64,000 nucleotides of DNA from Antedon mediterranea (lineage: Eukaryota > Animalia > Echinodermata): assembly GCF_964355755.1 (NCBI RefSeq), contig NC_092672.1, forward strand, positions 7,378,001 to 7,442,000, in the 5' to 3' direction. The translations under genes and the position numbers were made by a program. Shown here piece by piece: positions 62,204 to 64,000 of this stretch. The number at the start of each line of letters is the position of its first letter. The first letter of the stretch is position 1. Under the pieces are notes generated by a model. It was not told the origin of the DNA. It worked only from the letters and a program-made list of their open reading frames with translations, and did no database searches.

Positions 62204-64000
62204 ATGTCATCAGAATCAAAAGAGGTTCGAAAACAGGTCAAAGAAATGGTTGACTACATAGCTTGGTACATAGATACGATTGAAGAGAGACCATCGTTAG
62301 CACAAGTAGAACCTGGTTAGCTCAGCAAACTGATCCCAAATGCAGCACCACAAAAACCAGAAAAATGGGAAGATATTATGAAAGAATTAGAGAAGGCCAT
62401 CATGCCAGGTGTAAGTATTTTTTACTTCGCAATTTCCACGATCATCAAAAAATCAGAAAAACAAACAGTTATTTGAAAAAAGTTTCGAAAACAGAAGTTT
62501 GGTGGGTTGTGGAGCCGTGAAATGTGCAAAAAGTCACATTTGTGCAAACAACCACATTTGTGCAAACATTTTACCTTTAAATGTGCAAATCTGTTAAAAT
62601 TCATAACCCGCAAATGTGCAAACATCTTGCCGTTAAATGTAAAAACGGTCAGATTTGACGTTAAATGTGCAAAAGGTATTCTACAAATGTGCAAATCATT
62701 TATTCAGTCAAATTCCTATTACATTTTATATTTTTGGTTCGTATGTCTTTCAGAGTAGAAATAACAATAGGAAAAAGAGTCTAATAAATTTAAAATGCTC
62801 AATATCTTAATAACTAATTATACTGTTGTATTTTATTATGATCAAAGGCTCTAAATCGCACATTTGAAGGTAAAATGTTTACACAAATGTGGTTGTTTGC
62901 ACAAATGTGACTTTTTGCACATTTCACGGCTCCACATGGGTCTCTTCTAACTCATGATCACCATATCGCTAATACCGAGTAAACAAACTCCTAAATTTCT
63001 TTCAAACACGTCTCTCTACATGATAGTAGTTGCAAATATCAAAGCATGTTTTTCAACTAAAGCATAGAGCCTCACTTCCAGGTTGCACGTGCTGCTTATT
63101 TATCAATTAGAGTCCATTCAATTTATACAATAAAACGAATTATACAATAAACAAATTATACAATAAAACGTTTTTTATTTGTGTATAAACAGGTTAGCCA
63201 TTGGCGTAGTCCTAATTTTCATGCCTTCTATGAAGTTGGAAGTTCATGTCCATCAATACTAATGTGATATGCTGGGTGATGGCATTGGTTGTGTTGGCTT
63301 TACGTGGGTAATTATTGTGTTTGTCTTTTACATATCATATTTTGTCTTTCGAAAAAAGAAACCATTGTTTGTCTATAATAACAAAAACAAATATTGTGGT
63401 TTATTTGTCTTTTACAAACAATGGTTTGTTCATAATAAAAAGACAAAATGTGGTTTTTAAAAGACATGATGATATGATAGTTTGTCTTTTTATAAAATTC
63501 CTGCTTATCAAATTATCAGATTCCTGCAACAAGGAATACAATCACACAATTAATAAATATTTTTGGAATATATATATATTATTTGAAATATTTGTTTTAT
63601 AAGACACATACAGCCGCAGGTTGGTTTTCAATCAGTCACTACGTTGCAAACAGTGTGAACGTGCAATAGAAACATTTGATAAAACTATTATAAAACTGCT
63701 ACTGATAACTACTATTAACCAATCCGATAGTAAAGATACACTCTTGTGTGCATAACATCACTTTTTGAATAGCACGAGATTCGAAAATAGCCAATCATAT
63801 AGTAAGCATACACTCGGTGACCAAGTGGTTATAAGACAGTGGAACCGCATCCCTAGACATAATACTGAGAATGTTTCTTGGCTCATTGGCTCAAAATATA
63901 CTGGTGATACGACGTCATTTATTGTTCATTATTGTGCCTCCTTCAATAATTCAACATTGTTTTGTGTAGATTGTCATCCCAGCTTGCACAGAACTTGAAA
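62204..64000 (+). pseudogene. DDC-family copy 3, probable pseudogene, continues past the window edge
   Basis: Exon 1 62204-62410 has TAG at 62318-62320 (TAT in copies 1 and 2); exon 2 63193-63307 is 115 nt versus 114 nt in the paralogues (frameshift near 63261); exon 3 starts at 63970 (IVIPACTELE). Confidence 0.85.
62508..62936. mobile_element. 429-bp Ginger-like MITE in DDC copy 3 intron 1
   Basis: ~80-bp TIRs tgtggagccgtgaaatgtgcaaaaagtcacatttgtgc / gcacaaatgtgactttttgcacatttcacggctccaca; TGT..ACA ends; 5-bp TSD tgggt (62503-62507, 62937-62941). Confidence 0.85.

Noticed and set aside
62318-62320. In-frame TAG in DDC copy 3 as programmed recoding
   Set aside because: Accompanied by a frameshift in exon 2 and substitutions at conserved residues; pseudogenisation is simpler.
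62422-62758. Cys/His-rich ORFs resembling zinc fingers
   Set aside because: Arise from aaatgtgc subrepeats within the Ginger-like MITE.

Overview
AT-rich, intron-containing animal (invertebrate) genomic DNA; the taxon cannot be fixed from the sequence alone. Spliced genes reconstructed by hand with consistent exon phases, in order: (1) SETD1A/B-type H3K4 methyltransferase (minus strand, SET domain beyond the left edge) with a U12-type AT-AC intron and a uORF-rich leader; (2) B3GLCT beta-1,3-glucosyltransferase (minus, 14 exons, ends in KDEL), head-to-head with (3) an uncharacterised 636-aa protein with a degenerate TBC/Rab-GAP-like domain and a coiled coil (plus, 15 exons); (4) a PRODH2-like proline/hydroxyproline dehydrogenase with unusual active-site residues (minus, 9 exons), divergently oriented from (5-7) a tandem array of group II PLP-dependent aromatic amino-acid decarboxylases. 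The array has one canonical DDC, one intact compact paralogue with a remodelled substrate pocket, one pseudogene and an orphan exon remnant. Introns and spacers carry many non-autonomous DNA transposons (Harbinger-, Kolobok-, Tc1/pogo-, hAT-, IS3EU-, Ginger- and P-like by termini and target-site duplication), SINEs, LINE fragments and minisatellites. The best candidate for an undescribed system is the divergent PRODH2-like gene plus the diversified decarboxylase array, a possible amino-acid-derived metabolite locus; this is inference and untested.
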